From a virus (taxonomy: Duplodnaviria > Caudoviricetes), in the IMG/VR virus record IMGVR_UViG_3300033405_000946, positions 1 through 48,695 of that record: DNA of 48,695 nt; one strand, given 5' to 3'. This document shows positions 16,538-26,200 of this stretch, in pieces (the first letter of the stretch is position 1; each line of letters begins with the position of its first letter). The translations under genes and the position numbers were made by a program. The notes under the pieces were generated by a model, which worked only from the letters and a program-made list of their open reading frames with translations, was not told the DNA's origin and made no database searches.

Positions 16538-17584
16538 ATGGACGACATAGTTTCCATGTTTGATGTCTATGACCTGCGCACCCTTCTGGATGCGCTTTAT
16601 ATCGCCTTCACCCCCAAAACCTTCCTGCTGGATACCTTCTTCCCCACCACCGAGGTCAGCACGACCGAGAAGGTGGATATCGATGTCTGGAAGGGCAAAA
16701 GGCGCATGGCGCCTTTCGTGAATCCCTTGTCCGAAGGCACCCCGATGGACCGCATCGGCTATTCCACCCAGGAATTCGAGCCGCCCTACCTCAAGCCTTT
16801 GCGTCCCATCACCCCGAAGGAGCTTTTGAAGCGCCTGCCCGGGGAAAACATCTTCATCAACCCGCAAACCCCACTGGAGCGCCTGTCCATCCTCATTGGC
16901 AAGGACCTGGCCGAGATGGGCGATTACATCATCCGCCGCGAGGAATGGATGGCCGCCCAGCTCTTGGTCACCGGTTCGGTGACCGTGACCGGCGAAGGGG
17001 TCAACGCCGTGATCAACTGCAACCGCAACACGGCCAACACCATCGTGCTCAGCGGCACGGCCCTTTGGTCCAATGCCGCCTCCAACGTGGTGCAGAACTT
17101 CCGGGATTGGAAGCTCCAGGTCACCCAGCTTTCCGGCCATGTGCCCACCGTGGCGGTCATGGGAGCGGAAGTGGCCAGCACCTTCATGACCAACCCCGGC
17201 GTCCTGGCCATCCTGCACAACCGTCGGGTGCAGATGGGCCAGATCGACCCCACCGACTTGCCGGACGGCTCCAGTTACCTGGGCAGCTTCGACGACGTGG
17301 ACATCTACGGCTACGCCGAATGGTTCATCGACGACAACGGCAACGAGCAGCCCATGATCCCGGTGAACCAGATGGTCCTGGGTTCGCCCAAGACCAGGGC
17401 CATTCGCCATTACGCGGCCATTCAGGACCTGGACGCCATGGGCAATCCGAAGTTCGCGCAGGTCAGCTACTACCCGAAGATCTGGAAGAAAGACAATCCT
17501 TCCATGTACTTCGACAGCCTGCAGTGCGCGCCGCTGCCCTTTACCCACGAGCCGGATGCCTTCGCCTGCATCCAACCCATCTAG
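16538..17584 (+). CDS. Major capsid protein (lambda gpE family)
   Basis: FLLDTFFP, RMAPFVNP, RREEWMAAQ.L.TG, QCAPLP. Confidence 0.93.
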   Translation: MDDIVSMFDVYDLRTLLDALYIAFTPKTFLLDTFFPTTEVSTTEKVDIDVWKGKRRMAPFVNPLSEGTPMDRIGYSTQEFEPPYLKPLRPITPKELLKRLPGENIFINPQTPLERLSILIGKDLAEMGDYIIRREEWMAAQLLVTGSVTVTGEGVNAVINCNRNTANTIVLSGTALWSNAASNVVQNFRDWKLQVTQLSGHVPTVAVMGAEVASTFMTNPGVLAILHNRRVQMGQIDPTDLPDGSSYLGSFDDVDIYGYAEWFIDDNGNEQPMIPVNQMVLGSPKTRAIRHYAAIQDLDAMGNPKFAQVSYYPKIWKKDNPSMYFDSLQCAPLPFTHEPDAFACIQPI

Positions 17585-17593
17585 GAGCACGTC

Positions 17594-17848
17594 ATGGCCA
17601 ACACCCAAGACAAAACTGACCAGGAGCTGGTCAAGGTCACCTGCATACACTCGGTGCAGTCCGGCAAGACCAAGTACAAACCCGGGGGCGTGGCCGAGCT
17701 GCCCTTGGATGAAGTGGAGCGGCTGGAGAACGGCGGCCATGTGGAGCGCCTGTTCGACATCCCGACCGATTCCGCCGCTCCGACCTCCAAGGCCAGCGAC
17801 GCCAAGACCAACGCCCCGGCGACCTCGGACGCCAAAACCAACGTCTGA
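17594..17848 (+). CDS. Small post-capsid protein (gpFI position)
   Basis: RBS AGGAG; Y.PG.V.ELP..E.ERL pattern; position after the capsid gene. Confidence 0.55.
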   Translation: MANTQDKTDQELVKVTCIHSVQSGKTKYKPGGVAELPLDEVERLENGGHVERLFDIPTDSAAPTSKASDAKTNAPATSDAKTNV

Positions 17849-17864
17849 TCCCGGGAGCAGATCC

Positions 17865-18167
17865 ATGATGTTTACGTCTCTGGAAACCGCCTGCGTATCT
17901 TCGCTCCTGGCTTTGCTGGTGGGCGTGGCCGTGTATGTCATCACCCGCAACGTCTACGTCAGCCAGGGCCAGTGCAGGGAGCGCCGGGGCGTTATCTGCG
18001 ACGAAATCTGCGAAATCAAGAGAACCCATGTTGACGCCAACGAGGACATCAAGGCCCGGACCATCGTTCTGTTCCGCATGATCCGGGCCTTGATCGCCCA
18101 TAGCGACGAACTGCCCCCGGCGGTCAAGGCCCAGATCCTCAACGAAACCACTGGAGGGGACATCTGA
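17865..18167 (+). CDS. Single-TM membrane protein, holin candidate
   Basis: N-terminal TM; stop overlaps the endolysin start. Confidence 0.5.
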   Translation: MMFTSLETACVSSLLALLVGVAVYVITRNVYVSQGQCRERRGVICDEICEIKRTHVDANEDIKARTIVLFRMIRALIAHSDELPPAVKAQILNETTGGDI

Positions 18168-18805
18168 TGGACCTTTCCAAGATCATTCCTTCCCTGGCCC
18201 CGCGCGCGGACAAGGATCTGCTCGCGGCCGTGTCCGGCGCCGGCGACGCGCTGGCCAAGCTGGCGGCCATCGCCACTCCCCTGCGCATGGCCCACTTTCT
18301 GGCCCAGGTTATGGCCGAAACCGGCGGCCTGACCGCCCGGGGTCTGGTGGAAAACCTGGACTACTCGGCTGGGCGTCTGGTGGCTGTCTGGCCCAGCCGT
18401 TTCCCCAACCTGGCCGCCGCCAGCCCGTATGCCGGCAATCCCGAGGCCCTGGCCAACGTGGTCTATGCCGGGCGCATGGGCAACGACCAGACCGGGGACG
18501 GCTGGGCCTACCGGGGCCGGGGCCTCCTGCAAATCACCGGGCGGGACATGTATCAGGCCATCGGCAACCGCCTGGGTATCCCCTTGTTGCAGCAGCCGGA
18601 CCTGGCCAGCGATCCGGCCCACGCCTGCCAGGTGGCCGCCGCGCTCTGGGACATCAAGGCCGCCAACTCCCCGGCGGACGCCGACGACATCTACGGCGTC
18701 ACCCGCAAGATCAACGGAGGCCTGACGGACATATCGTCGCGTCAAGCGTGGCTGGTTTTGGCCAAGGAAGAGCTTTTCCCCCAGCCGCCCAAGGCCGCCG
18801 CCTGA
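18167..18805 (+). CDS. Endolysin, glycoside hydrolase family 19
   Basis: HFLAQ..AETGG, ENL.YS, DGW.YRGRGLLQITGR..Y, TRKINGG. Confidence 0.93.
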   Translation: MDLSKIIPSLAPRADKDLLAAVSGAGDALAKLAAIATPLRMAHFLAQVMAETGGLTARGLVENLDYSAGRLVAVWPSRFPNLAAASPYAGNPEALANVVYAGRMGNDQTGDGWAYRGRGLLQITGRDMYQAIGNRLGIPLLQQPDLASDPAHACQVAAALWDIKAANSPADADDIYGVTRKINGGLTDISSRQAWLVLAKEELFPQPPKAAA

Positions 18806-18834
18806 CGTAACCCTCAACGCTACGGAGAAACAGT

Positions 18835-19305
18835 GTGAACAAGCCGCAGTACAAATCCGTGACCGTGTGGGGTGCTTGGCTGTGCATGTCCATTGGCGTG
18901 GCCGTGCTGATCTTCATGCCCGCGCCCCAGGATCCCTTGATGCAGTTTTTGAGCAAGGCCGCCGGGGCGTTGCCCCTGACCGGGGGCGCCATGGCCTGGA
19001 TCGGCCGCATCCGGGCCACGGACGTGCTCAAGGCCATGGCGAAGCTGGACCTTGGCAAGGTGGAGCAGGGCGTCCAGGCAGCCGAGGACGCGGGCCTGGT
19101 TTCGCCGCAAGCGGACGCCGACATAAAGGCCATGCTCGACAAGTTGGCGCAAGGCCAAGCCATTATCGCCAAGTACGCCAACATGGTGCCCTCCGGGCAG
19201 GCCCCCGCTGGGGAAGCCGGCTCGCAAGCCTCGACCGCTGCGGCCCCTGCCGCCGATACCGCCAACTCCGTCGGAACCGTTCCGGCCCAAACCCAAGGAG
19301 CTTAA
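18835..19305 (+). CDS. Two-TM membrane protein (holin or inner spanin candidate)
   Basis: KPQYKS.TVWG N-terminus and two hydrophobic segments; follows the endolysin. Confidence 0.55.
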   Translation: MNKPQYKSVTVWGAWLCMSIGVAVLIFMPAPQDPLMQFLSKAAGALPLTGGAMAWIGRIRATDVLKAMAKLDLGKVEQGVQAAEDAGLVSPQADADIKAMLDKLAQGQAIIAKYANMVPSGQAPAGEAGSQASTAAAPAADTANSVGTVPAQTQGA

Positions 19306-19308
19306 GCC

Positions 19309-19566
19309 GTGAAAAAGATCATCCTGCGTTCCATCCTGTGTGTTTCCATAGCCTTGGCCTTCGCGGCCTGCACCCAGCAGGAGCAAAACATCCTGAAGGG
19401 CGCAACCACTTTGGCCACGGCCATTGCCAACACCGCGTTGCCGCCGGAAGTGGCCGTCACCCCCACCGGGCAGGCCATAACCTACTGGAGCCAGTACGCG
19501 TCCGGGCTGCTGGAAGCGGTCAATACGGCGACCTCGGCAAATTCTACCACGGCGCAGGGCCAGTAA
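19309..19566 (+). CDS. Lipoprotein (outer-spanin-like position)
   Basis: MKK..., lipobox FAAC. Confidence 0.65.
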   Translation: MKKIILRSILCVSIALAFAACTQQEQNILKGATTLATAIANTALPPEVAVTPTGQAITYWSQYASGLLEAVNTATSANSTTAQGQ

Positions 19567-19738
19567 GCCTGCGAACGTCGGCCGGCGGCATTTACATCTA
19601 CGAAACCGAGAAGGTCGGAGTCATGATCGTGAGCATTCCCTACCGGACCACCAACCGTAAGGCCGCCTTGTGGCGCGTCGGGAAATTCACGGTGCAGGCT
19701 CCGGCCTTCCTTGGCCTCTTTATCGGGGTATCCTTCTG

Positions 19739-20446
19739 ATGGCCGGGGACGAAGCCAAGTACGTTGCCGATGCCCCGACCATCCGCAAGGGTTCGGGCAC
19801 GTTCCTGAGCCTCACGGATAGCGTTGGGCCGGCCCTGAGCTACTTCGCCGCCAACTTCCCGGCCCAGCTCGCCCGGGCCCTGGGCAAGGTGGGATCGGTG
19901 GTTCGGGCCAAGGCTCGTCAGTCCATGGAGGATGGCGGACCATCCGGGGTTTCCTGGGCGCAGACCGTGGACTGGAAGCCTCGCGGACGCAGGGGGAGGC
20001 TGGCCAGAAAACGCCGCAAATCCGCAGGGGTAAGTCCCTTGGCCGGTGCCCTCCATGATAAGCTTTTCGATGGACGGGGCAAGCCGAACCGGCCTTACGG
20101 CAAGATGTACGGCGCGGCCAGATACATCCTGGACAACCAAAACCTCAAGGTCACCACCGGCTGGGTGACCGGCACGGCGGCTGCCTTCGGCAAGGACGTT
20201 CAGGCCGGCCTGCGCGGAGCCAACCCCTTCAACGCCCAGTTCGAGGGCGAACAGCCCGTGACCCGCTCGATGCGCCGCGCCCTGGCCGCCGCCGGACTGG
20301 TGCTGGCCCGGGGCACGGTGTTCCTGCGCCAGCCGGGACGTCCCATGTGGCGGCCGATCTACGAGCAGATGAGCCCGGAGGTTCAGGCCATCGTCACCGC
20401 CCAGATGTCCAAGTATTTCTCCGGCGGTCCGGGGTATCAGTCATGA
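19739..20446 (+). CDS. Neck/virion morphogenesis protein
   Basis: Basic protein ending in RQPGRPMW; position at the start of the tail module. Confidence 0.55.
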   Translation: MAGDEAKYVADAPTIRKGSGTFLSLTDSVGPALSYFAANFPAQLARALGKVGSVVRAKARQSMEDGGPSGVSWAQTVDWKPRGRRGRLARKRRKSAGVSPLAGALHDKLFDGRGKPNRPYGKMYGAARYILDNQNLKVTTGWVTGTAAAFGKDVQAGLRGANPFNAQFEGEQPVTRSMRRALAAAGLVLARGTVFLRQPGRPMWRPIYEQMSPEVQAIVTAQMSKYFSGGPGYQS

Positions 20447-20919
20447 GCGGCCCCACGGTCACCACCTCGGTTATCGTCAACGCCCTGCTTCAGGCGTTGC
20501 CACTTGATGCGGCCCTGGCATCCTGGGGGCAGGCAACCCTGGGAACCACGCTCAACATCCGGCCCAGCGACTGCCCCAGCCATATGCTCACGGCCGAGGA
20601 CGCTCCGTTCATCTCCGTGGGCAACCTGCATTCGCGCAAGGGCCATGTGAAGGAATACGTCTTCTCCATCCTGGTGTCCCTGGGCATCGTACTGCCCCCA
20701 ACCGGCACGCCTTCGGACATCTTCCTGATCGAACAGGCCTTCGCGGTCATGGACCAGGACATGTCCAGCCACGTGATCCGCATCCTGGAAGGCTGCACCC
20801 CGAATTTCCAGATCGAGGAAATCCTTACCGACTATGAGGAGGCCTTCGATCCCCTGGCCCGTCTGGACTTAACCATCACCCTCTCGGTGCCGCGCAACCT
20901 GGCCCGGGGGGCCTACTAA
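20443..20919 (+). CDS. Putative tail terminator/completion protein
   Basis: Size and position directly before the tail tube gene; ATGA coupling. Confidence 0.5.
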   Translation: MSGPTVTTSVIVNALLQALPLDAALASWGQATLGTTLNIRPSDCPSHMLTAEDAPFISVGNLHSRKGHVKEYVFSILVSLGIVLPPTGTPSDIFLIEQAFAVMDQDMSSHVIRILEGCTPNFQIEEILTDYEEAFDPLARLDLTITLSVPRNLARGAY

Positions 20920-20930
20920 GGAGATTCCCC

Positions 20931-22364
20931 ATGAGCCTTCAAGGAAACTGGGCTTCCGGCGCGAACGTCAGCTTTCTGTTTGATTTCGAGGCCTCCTACA
21001 AGGTGGCCAAAGGCGTTCCTGCGGGCAACATCCTGCCCTTCGATTTCGGCACCACCTACGGGGCGCAGCAGAAGCTTTCCGCAGCCAACACCAGCATGCA
21101 CACCCGTGAGCCCGTGACTCCCATCCCGGGCAACATCGACCTGACCGGCGATTTCCCCATTCCCCTGGACGCCATCGCCTTTGGCTGGTGGCTCAAGGCC
21201 GCCTTCGGGGCCGTGGTGGACGCGCCGCTTTCGCCCATGCCCCTGGACCACTCGGCCGTGGTCAACCAGAGCAGCATAGGCAGCGGCCTGGTGGGCATCC
21301 CCTGCACCGGCCACGGCCTGTTGCCCGGAATGCAGGTGCTTCTCCAGGGCACCCAGCACCAGGACGGCTCCTACGTGCTGGACCCCTCCACCACGGCCAA
21401 CCAGCTCGTGGTGCCCATGGCCGCGTTCAACGCCGAAACCCTGGCCGCCGGCACGGTCTATCTCGGCGGCGTACTCCTGAGCGGGGACGTGGTGCAGAAC
21501 TTCGCCACCGGCAAGGTGGGCATCCCGGCGCCCGGGCACGGCTTCCAGGCCGGGGACAGCATCATCATCACCGGCAGCACCAACTACAACGGCACCTTCA
21601 CCGTGGACGCGGCCACCACAGCCAACGAGATCGTGATCGACACGGCCTTCACGGCGGAAACCCTGGCCGCCGGAGTCGTGGCCCGGCCCAACCTCTACAC
21701 CCACACCTACAGTGTGGTGCAGGCCCCGGCCACGCTGCCGTCCTTCATCGTGGAGCAGCAGATCCCGGACCTGGCCACCCCGGCCTACCTGTTTTCCAAC
21801 GGCAACAAGGTCTCCAAGATGGCCATGAAGCTCTCCGGGGACGGTGAGCTGGTGCCCACCTTCACCGTGCAGGGCTCCCAGCCCTCGCTCAACACCGGGT
21901 CCTACAACGCCGAAGCTCCGGTGATGAACTTCAACCGCTTCCTCTTCACCGAGGAATTCCACTACCTGAACGGCGTCCCCACCCTGGAGGTCATGGAGTT
22001 CGATTTCAACCTGGACAACGGCCTGGACCCCGACTGCTACCCCCGCGGCTCCAAGGGCTACCGCCAGCGGCTGGCCGACGGCATCGTGGGCCTGAACGGT
22101 TCGCTCAAGGCCTTGTTCATGGACACGACCTTGCTCACTCAGGCCATCAACTTCGGCAGCGCCCCCTATCAGTTCGGATGGGCCATGGCCAAGGCCGGGC
22201 TGTCCTTCTCGCTGCCCACCATCCGCATCCCGCTCACCGGCGTGCCCGTGCCCAATCCCAAGGGCCTGAACCTGGATTTCAACTGGCAGGCCGAGGCCAC
22301 CCCATCCAAGGGCGTCAAGTCCGTCACGGCCACCCTCATCAACTCCGTAGCCACCTACAACTAG
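20931..22364 (+). CDS. Major tail (tube) protein with two inserted about 75-aa surface repeats
   Basis: FGWWLKAAFG, YTHTY...LPSF.VE, NLDNGL tube motifs; duplicated VGIPxxGHG...G.Y/F...TTAN domain. Confidence 0.8.
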   Translation: MSLQGNWASGANVSFLFDFEASYKVAKGVPAGNILPFDFGTTYGAQQKLSAANTSMHTREPVTPIPGNIDLTGDFPIPLDAIAFGWWLKAAFGAVVDAPLSPMPLDHSAVVNQSSIGSGLVGIPCTGHGLLPGMQVLLQGTQHQDGSYVLDPSTTANQLVVPMAAFNAETLAAGTVYLGGVLLSGDVVQNFATGKVGIPAPGHGFQAGDSIIITGSTNYNGTFTVDAATTANEIVIDTAFTAETLAAGVVARPNLYTHTYSVVQAPATLPSFIVEQQIPDLATPAYLFSNGNKVSKMAMKLSGDGELVPTFTVQGSQPSLNTGSYNAEAPVMNFNRFLFTEEFHYLNGVPTLEVMEFDFNLDNGLDPDCYPRGSKGYRQRLADGIVGLNGSLKALFMDTTLLTQAINFGSAPYQFGWAMAKAGLSFSLPTIRIPLTGVPVPNPKGLNLDFNWQAEATPSKGVKSVTATLINSVATYN

Positions 22365-22372
22365 GAGCCGTC

Positions 22373-22816
22373 ATGTCCAAGCCCGAGAACAAAGTCTTCA
22401 CCCTGCCGCGCTTCGTGTCCCTGGCCCGCAAGGCCTGGAAACAGTTCCTGGCCCGGGAACGGGATATCCAGGACAAGGCGGAGATGGTCGATGCCGGCCC
22501 CTCCGTGCACATGGCCATTGTGCAGGCCATGATGGAAGTGGGCTCCGTCATAAGCATCCTGCGAAAGGATGCCCCCACGCCGGAGGAACTGGAGGCCTGC
22601 GAAAAGCGCCTCAAGGATCTGGCCGAACAGTTCAAGGCCGCCATTGATGGCCGGGCCACCCAGAAACAGATCGACCATGAAGTTACCAAGCTTCACGAGG
22701 AGCTGATCCGCGACGCCTATCCGGGATTGGACATCGAGGAGATGCCCAACGAGGACTTCGTGCGCCTGTTCCAGGCCACGGTGAAGAAAACGCGCGGGGA
22801 TGAGCTAAAAAACTGA
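22373..22816 (+). CDS. Tail assembly chaperone (gpG)
   Basis: Between tube and tape measure genes; ends in slippery A AAA AAC before TGA. Confidence 0.75.
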   Translation: MSKPENKVFTLPRFVSLARKAWKQFLARERDIQDKAEMVDAGPSVHMAIVQAMMEVGSVISILRKDAPTPEELEACEKRLKDLAEQFKAAIDGRATQKQIDHEVTKLHEELIRDAYPGLDIEEMPNEDFVRLFQATVKKTRGDELKN

Positions 22817-23193
22817 CCCAGCGGTGGGAGTGGAGCGGAAACGAACGCCATGCCACGGCTTGCAAGTCCTGCCGCAAGGCCAGCGAAAAGAGGGGGGAAT
22901 CGTGCCCGTGCCAGGGGTGCGAGCACGAGCCCCCCGAACTCTGGCCGGAAAACCTCACGGCCTGGTCGCTCTACGCCCGGTTCGGCTCACAGGTCCGCGC
23001 CGGCATGGGCGGAATCTACGGGTTCGACCTGGACGCCATCCTCTCCCTGGCCGACCGCTTCAAGATCGTGGTGGATGATCAGTGCCTGGCCAAGTTCCAG
23101 CATATCGAAGGCCTCATACTGGAGCGCCAGGCCGAAACAGTGCGCAAGGCCAGCCGCGAGGCCGAGGCCAAGCGCCGCACGTACAAGAGATAG
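22807..23193 (+). CDS. -1 frameshift extension of the chaperone (gpGT; DUF1799-like)
   Basis: Heptamer AAAAAAC at 22807-22813; -1 frame is open to 23193 (LTQRWEW..C..C..C..C..LWPEN..AW......Q.R.GMGG.YGFD). Confidence 0.8.
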   Translation, partial: KKLTQRWEWSGNERHATACKSCRKASEKRGESCPCQGCEHEPPELWPENLTAWSLYARFGSQVRAGMGGIYGFDLDAILSLADRFKIVVDDQCLAKFQHIEGLILERQAETVRKASREAEAKRRTYKR

Positions 23194-23202
23194 GGTGAGC
23201 TG

Positions 23203-26200
23203 ATGGCCGGCGATCTGGAAACCAGGATCATCATATCCGCTCAGGACGACGCCTCGGCCAAGTTCAAGGCCGTGGCCGATTCGGCCATGAACCTGGCCGT
23301 GGGCGCGGAATCGTCCTCGGCCAGGTTCACCCGCTCCCTGGACGGCATCAAGAAAGCTATTTCCGTCCTGGATCAGGGCGATTACGGCTCGGCCCTCCGA
23401 TCCGCGCTCAAGCAGAACAGCTACGCCCTGGACGGCTTCGCGCAGCAGGCGGATCAGGCCTTCGCGCGCATCGAACAGCAGGCCCGCTTGCGTTCGGCGG
23501 GGGTTGCGTCGTCTCTCAAGCAGTTGGGAGTGACCCCGCTTGGCGACATCACCGGCCAGATGAAGTCCCTGGGGCAGGCCTTCCAGTTCGCCTCCCAGAG
23601 CGGCGCGGCTCCTGGGGAATTGGCCCTGGCCCGCTCAAGCATCCAGGCCCGCATGAAGGAGCTGACCCAGCAGTACATGAACGTGCGCGCCGGGATCGGA
23701 CCCGCGCCTGACCCGGAGCAGAAGGGGCAATCCTGGTTGTCGGGCTTGATGTCCTCGGGCGTGGCCCGGGTAGGGGCCATGGCCGGGGGCATGCTTAGTG
23801 CCGGACTGCTTTTCGACAAGGCCAAGGACTACATTTCGGACGTTTCCACCCTGGGCGCCAGGTATGACACCCTGGGCGTGGCCATGCACACGGTGGGCGA
23901 GAACGCGGGCTACAGCAAGAATCAAACCGACCAGGCCGTCAAGTCCTTGCAGGAATCGGGCATATCCGCCCTGGAAGCCCGTCAGTCCGTGGCCAAGCTG
24001 GTTACGGCCCACATCGACCTTTCCAAGGCCACGCAACTGGGCCGTCTGGCTCAGGACGCCGCGGCCGTCAGTGGCCTCAATTCCTCCGAAACGTACAACA
24101 CCTTGATCGAGGGCATCCAGTCCGCCCGGGAGGAAACGCTCAGGGCCATCGGCATCAACGTGTCCTTTGAGGACTCGTACCGCAAGATGGCCATACGCCT
24201 GAACACCACGGCCGAGGCCTTGACCGAAACCCAGAAGATGCAGGCCAGGCTCAACGAGGTCCTGGAATACGCCCCGCGCGTGGCCGGTGCATATGAAGCC
24301 TCCATGGACACCGTGGGCAAGCAGATGCGGTCCATGGAGCGCTACACCGAGGACTTCAAGGTGGCCCTGGGCGCGGCTTTTCAGCCGGTGCTTGCGGAGC
24401 ACATCAAGAGCCACGCCGAGGCCTTGAAGGAATTGACAGCCGCCTTGAAGGACCCGGGTTCCAAGCAGGCCTTGACGGACATGGTTTCCGGCTTCGTGAG
24501 CGTGCTTGAGGTTCTGGGCAAGATCGCGGCTTCGCCGGTCTTTCTGGCCTGGAAGACCGGGGAGTTCTTTGGCGCATCCATCGCCCGTATCCAGGCTAAG
24601 CGGGATATGGGCGAAGACATTTTGCCGAGTGGACCCTATCGCGAAAGCGACGAAGAAGTAAGGCAGCGTTACCTCGAATCCCAGGCGCAAAGGGAAAGGC
24701 AGCGCCGCGATTGGCTGAACACCAATGGGACCCCGAAATCCGGCAAGCTGGTGGGCGAGGGCGCGGAAATCGATCTTTCCAAACTGGCGGCCAACCAGGA
24801 TTATGAGCGGAAGGTCGAATACCGCCAGGATCTGCTGGGCTACCTGAACTCGAACCGCCAATACCAGAGTCAGGACAAGCAACTCGAACGGGCCACCAAG
24901 ATTTGGGAGGGCGAGCGCGGCAAATATCAGACCGATTGGCTCAAGGCCTCCCATGCCGGCGATGTGCAGGGCATGAAGGATGCGGAAGACGCCCTGGCCA
25001 TATCGGACCAAAAACTCATCGAAACGCGCAAGCAGATCAACCACCTCTTCGGCGAAGGGGCCGAGGATGCCAAGAAGTACCTCGAATCCCTGCGGGACCA
25101 GAACAAGGCCCTGAGCGCCCAGCTTTCCGGGGACAATCTGGCCACGGCCCTGGCCAAGAACAACAAGGATTTCGACAAGGCCGTGGCCGACGTGCGCGAG
25201 AAGATCCGCAACGCCAAGCCCGGCTCCGATGTCGCCGGCTACAACGAAGCCCTCGGCGAGCTGACCGCGAACAAGGCCCTTCAGGACCGGCTCACCACCC
25301 AGCAATACTACTCCAAGGACGTGGCCGCCCGCAGCGCCTTCGCCACCTCCATGTCCGGCTTCGGGGCCATGGACCCTTGGGAGGCCCGCAAGCAGTCCGC
25401 ATACTCCACGGCAGTCCAGGAGCGCATAGCCGCCGGAGACGACCAGGAAAAGCAGTCCCGGGCGCAGCTCAAGATGGAAGCGGACATTGCCTCCATTGAG
25501 CGCGACCGGGCTTTGGCTCTGGCCAATTCCCGCAAGGAACTGGCCGGGCTCACCGGGGACGTGAAGGCCGAGCTTTCGGCCGAGACCGATGTTCTGAACG
25601 TCCAGCTTTCGCAGGCCAAGACCGAAAGCGAACGGGCCGTGATCAGGCAGAAGATCGCCAACCTTCCCCTGCAATACTACTCCAAGGACGTCCAAGCCGG
25701 GTCCGCCTTCGCCACCTCCATGTCCGGCTTCGGGGCCATGGACCCTTGGGAGGCCCGCAAGCAGGCCGCATACTCCACGGCGGTCCAGGAACGCGTAGCC
25801 GCCGGCTCCGACCAGGAAAAGCAGTCCCGGGCGCAGCTCAAGATGGAAGCGGACGTAGCCGCCATAGAGCGCGACCGGGCTTTGGCCCTGGCCAATTCCC
25901 GCAAGGAATTGGCCGGGCTCACCGGGGACGTGAAGGCCGAGCTTTCGGCCGAGATCGATGTCCTGAACATCCAGCTTTTGCAGGCCAAGACCGAAAGCGA
26001 ACGGGCGGTGATCCTGCAGAAGGTCGCCCAGCTTTCCGCACGCCGGGACTTGGACGTTTCCGGCCTGGTGAACACCGGTTTGCAGCAGTACGCCGGCCGA
26101 TCCTACAACGAGTTTGCAGATTCCATCCAGAACGGCATTCCCAACGCCTTCAACATCGCCACCGAGGCCGCTGACAAGTTCTTCGCGGACGCAGTAAAGG

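Noticed and set aside
25302-26028. Repeat pair as DGR template/variable repeats
   Set aside because: Tandem and in-frame, differences are not adenine-specific, and there is no reverse transcriptase in the window
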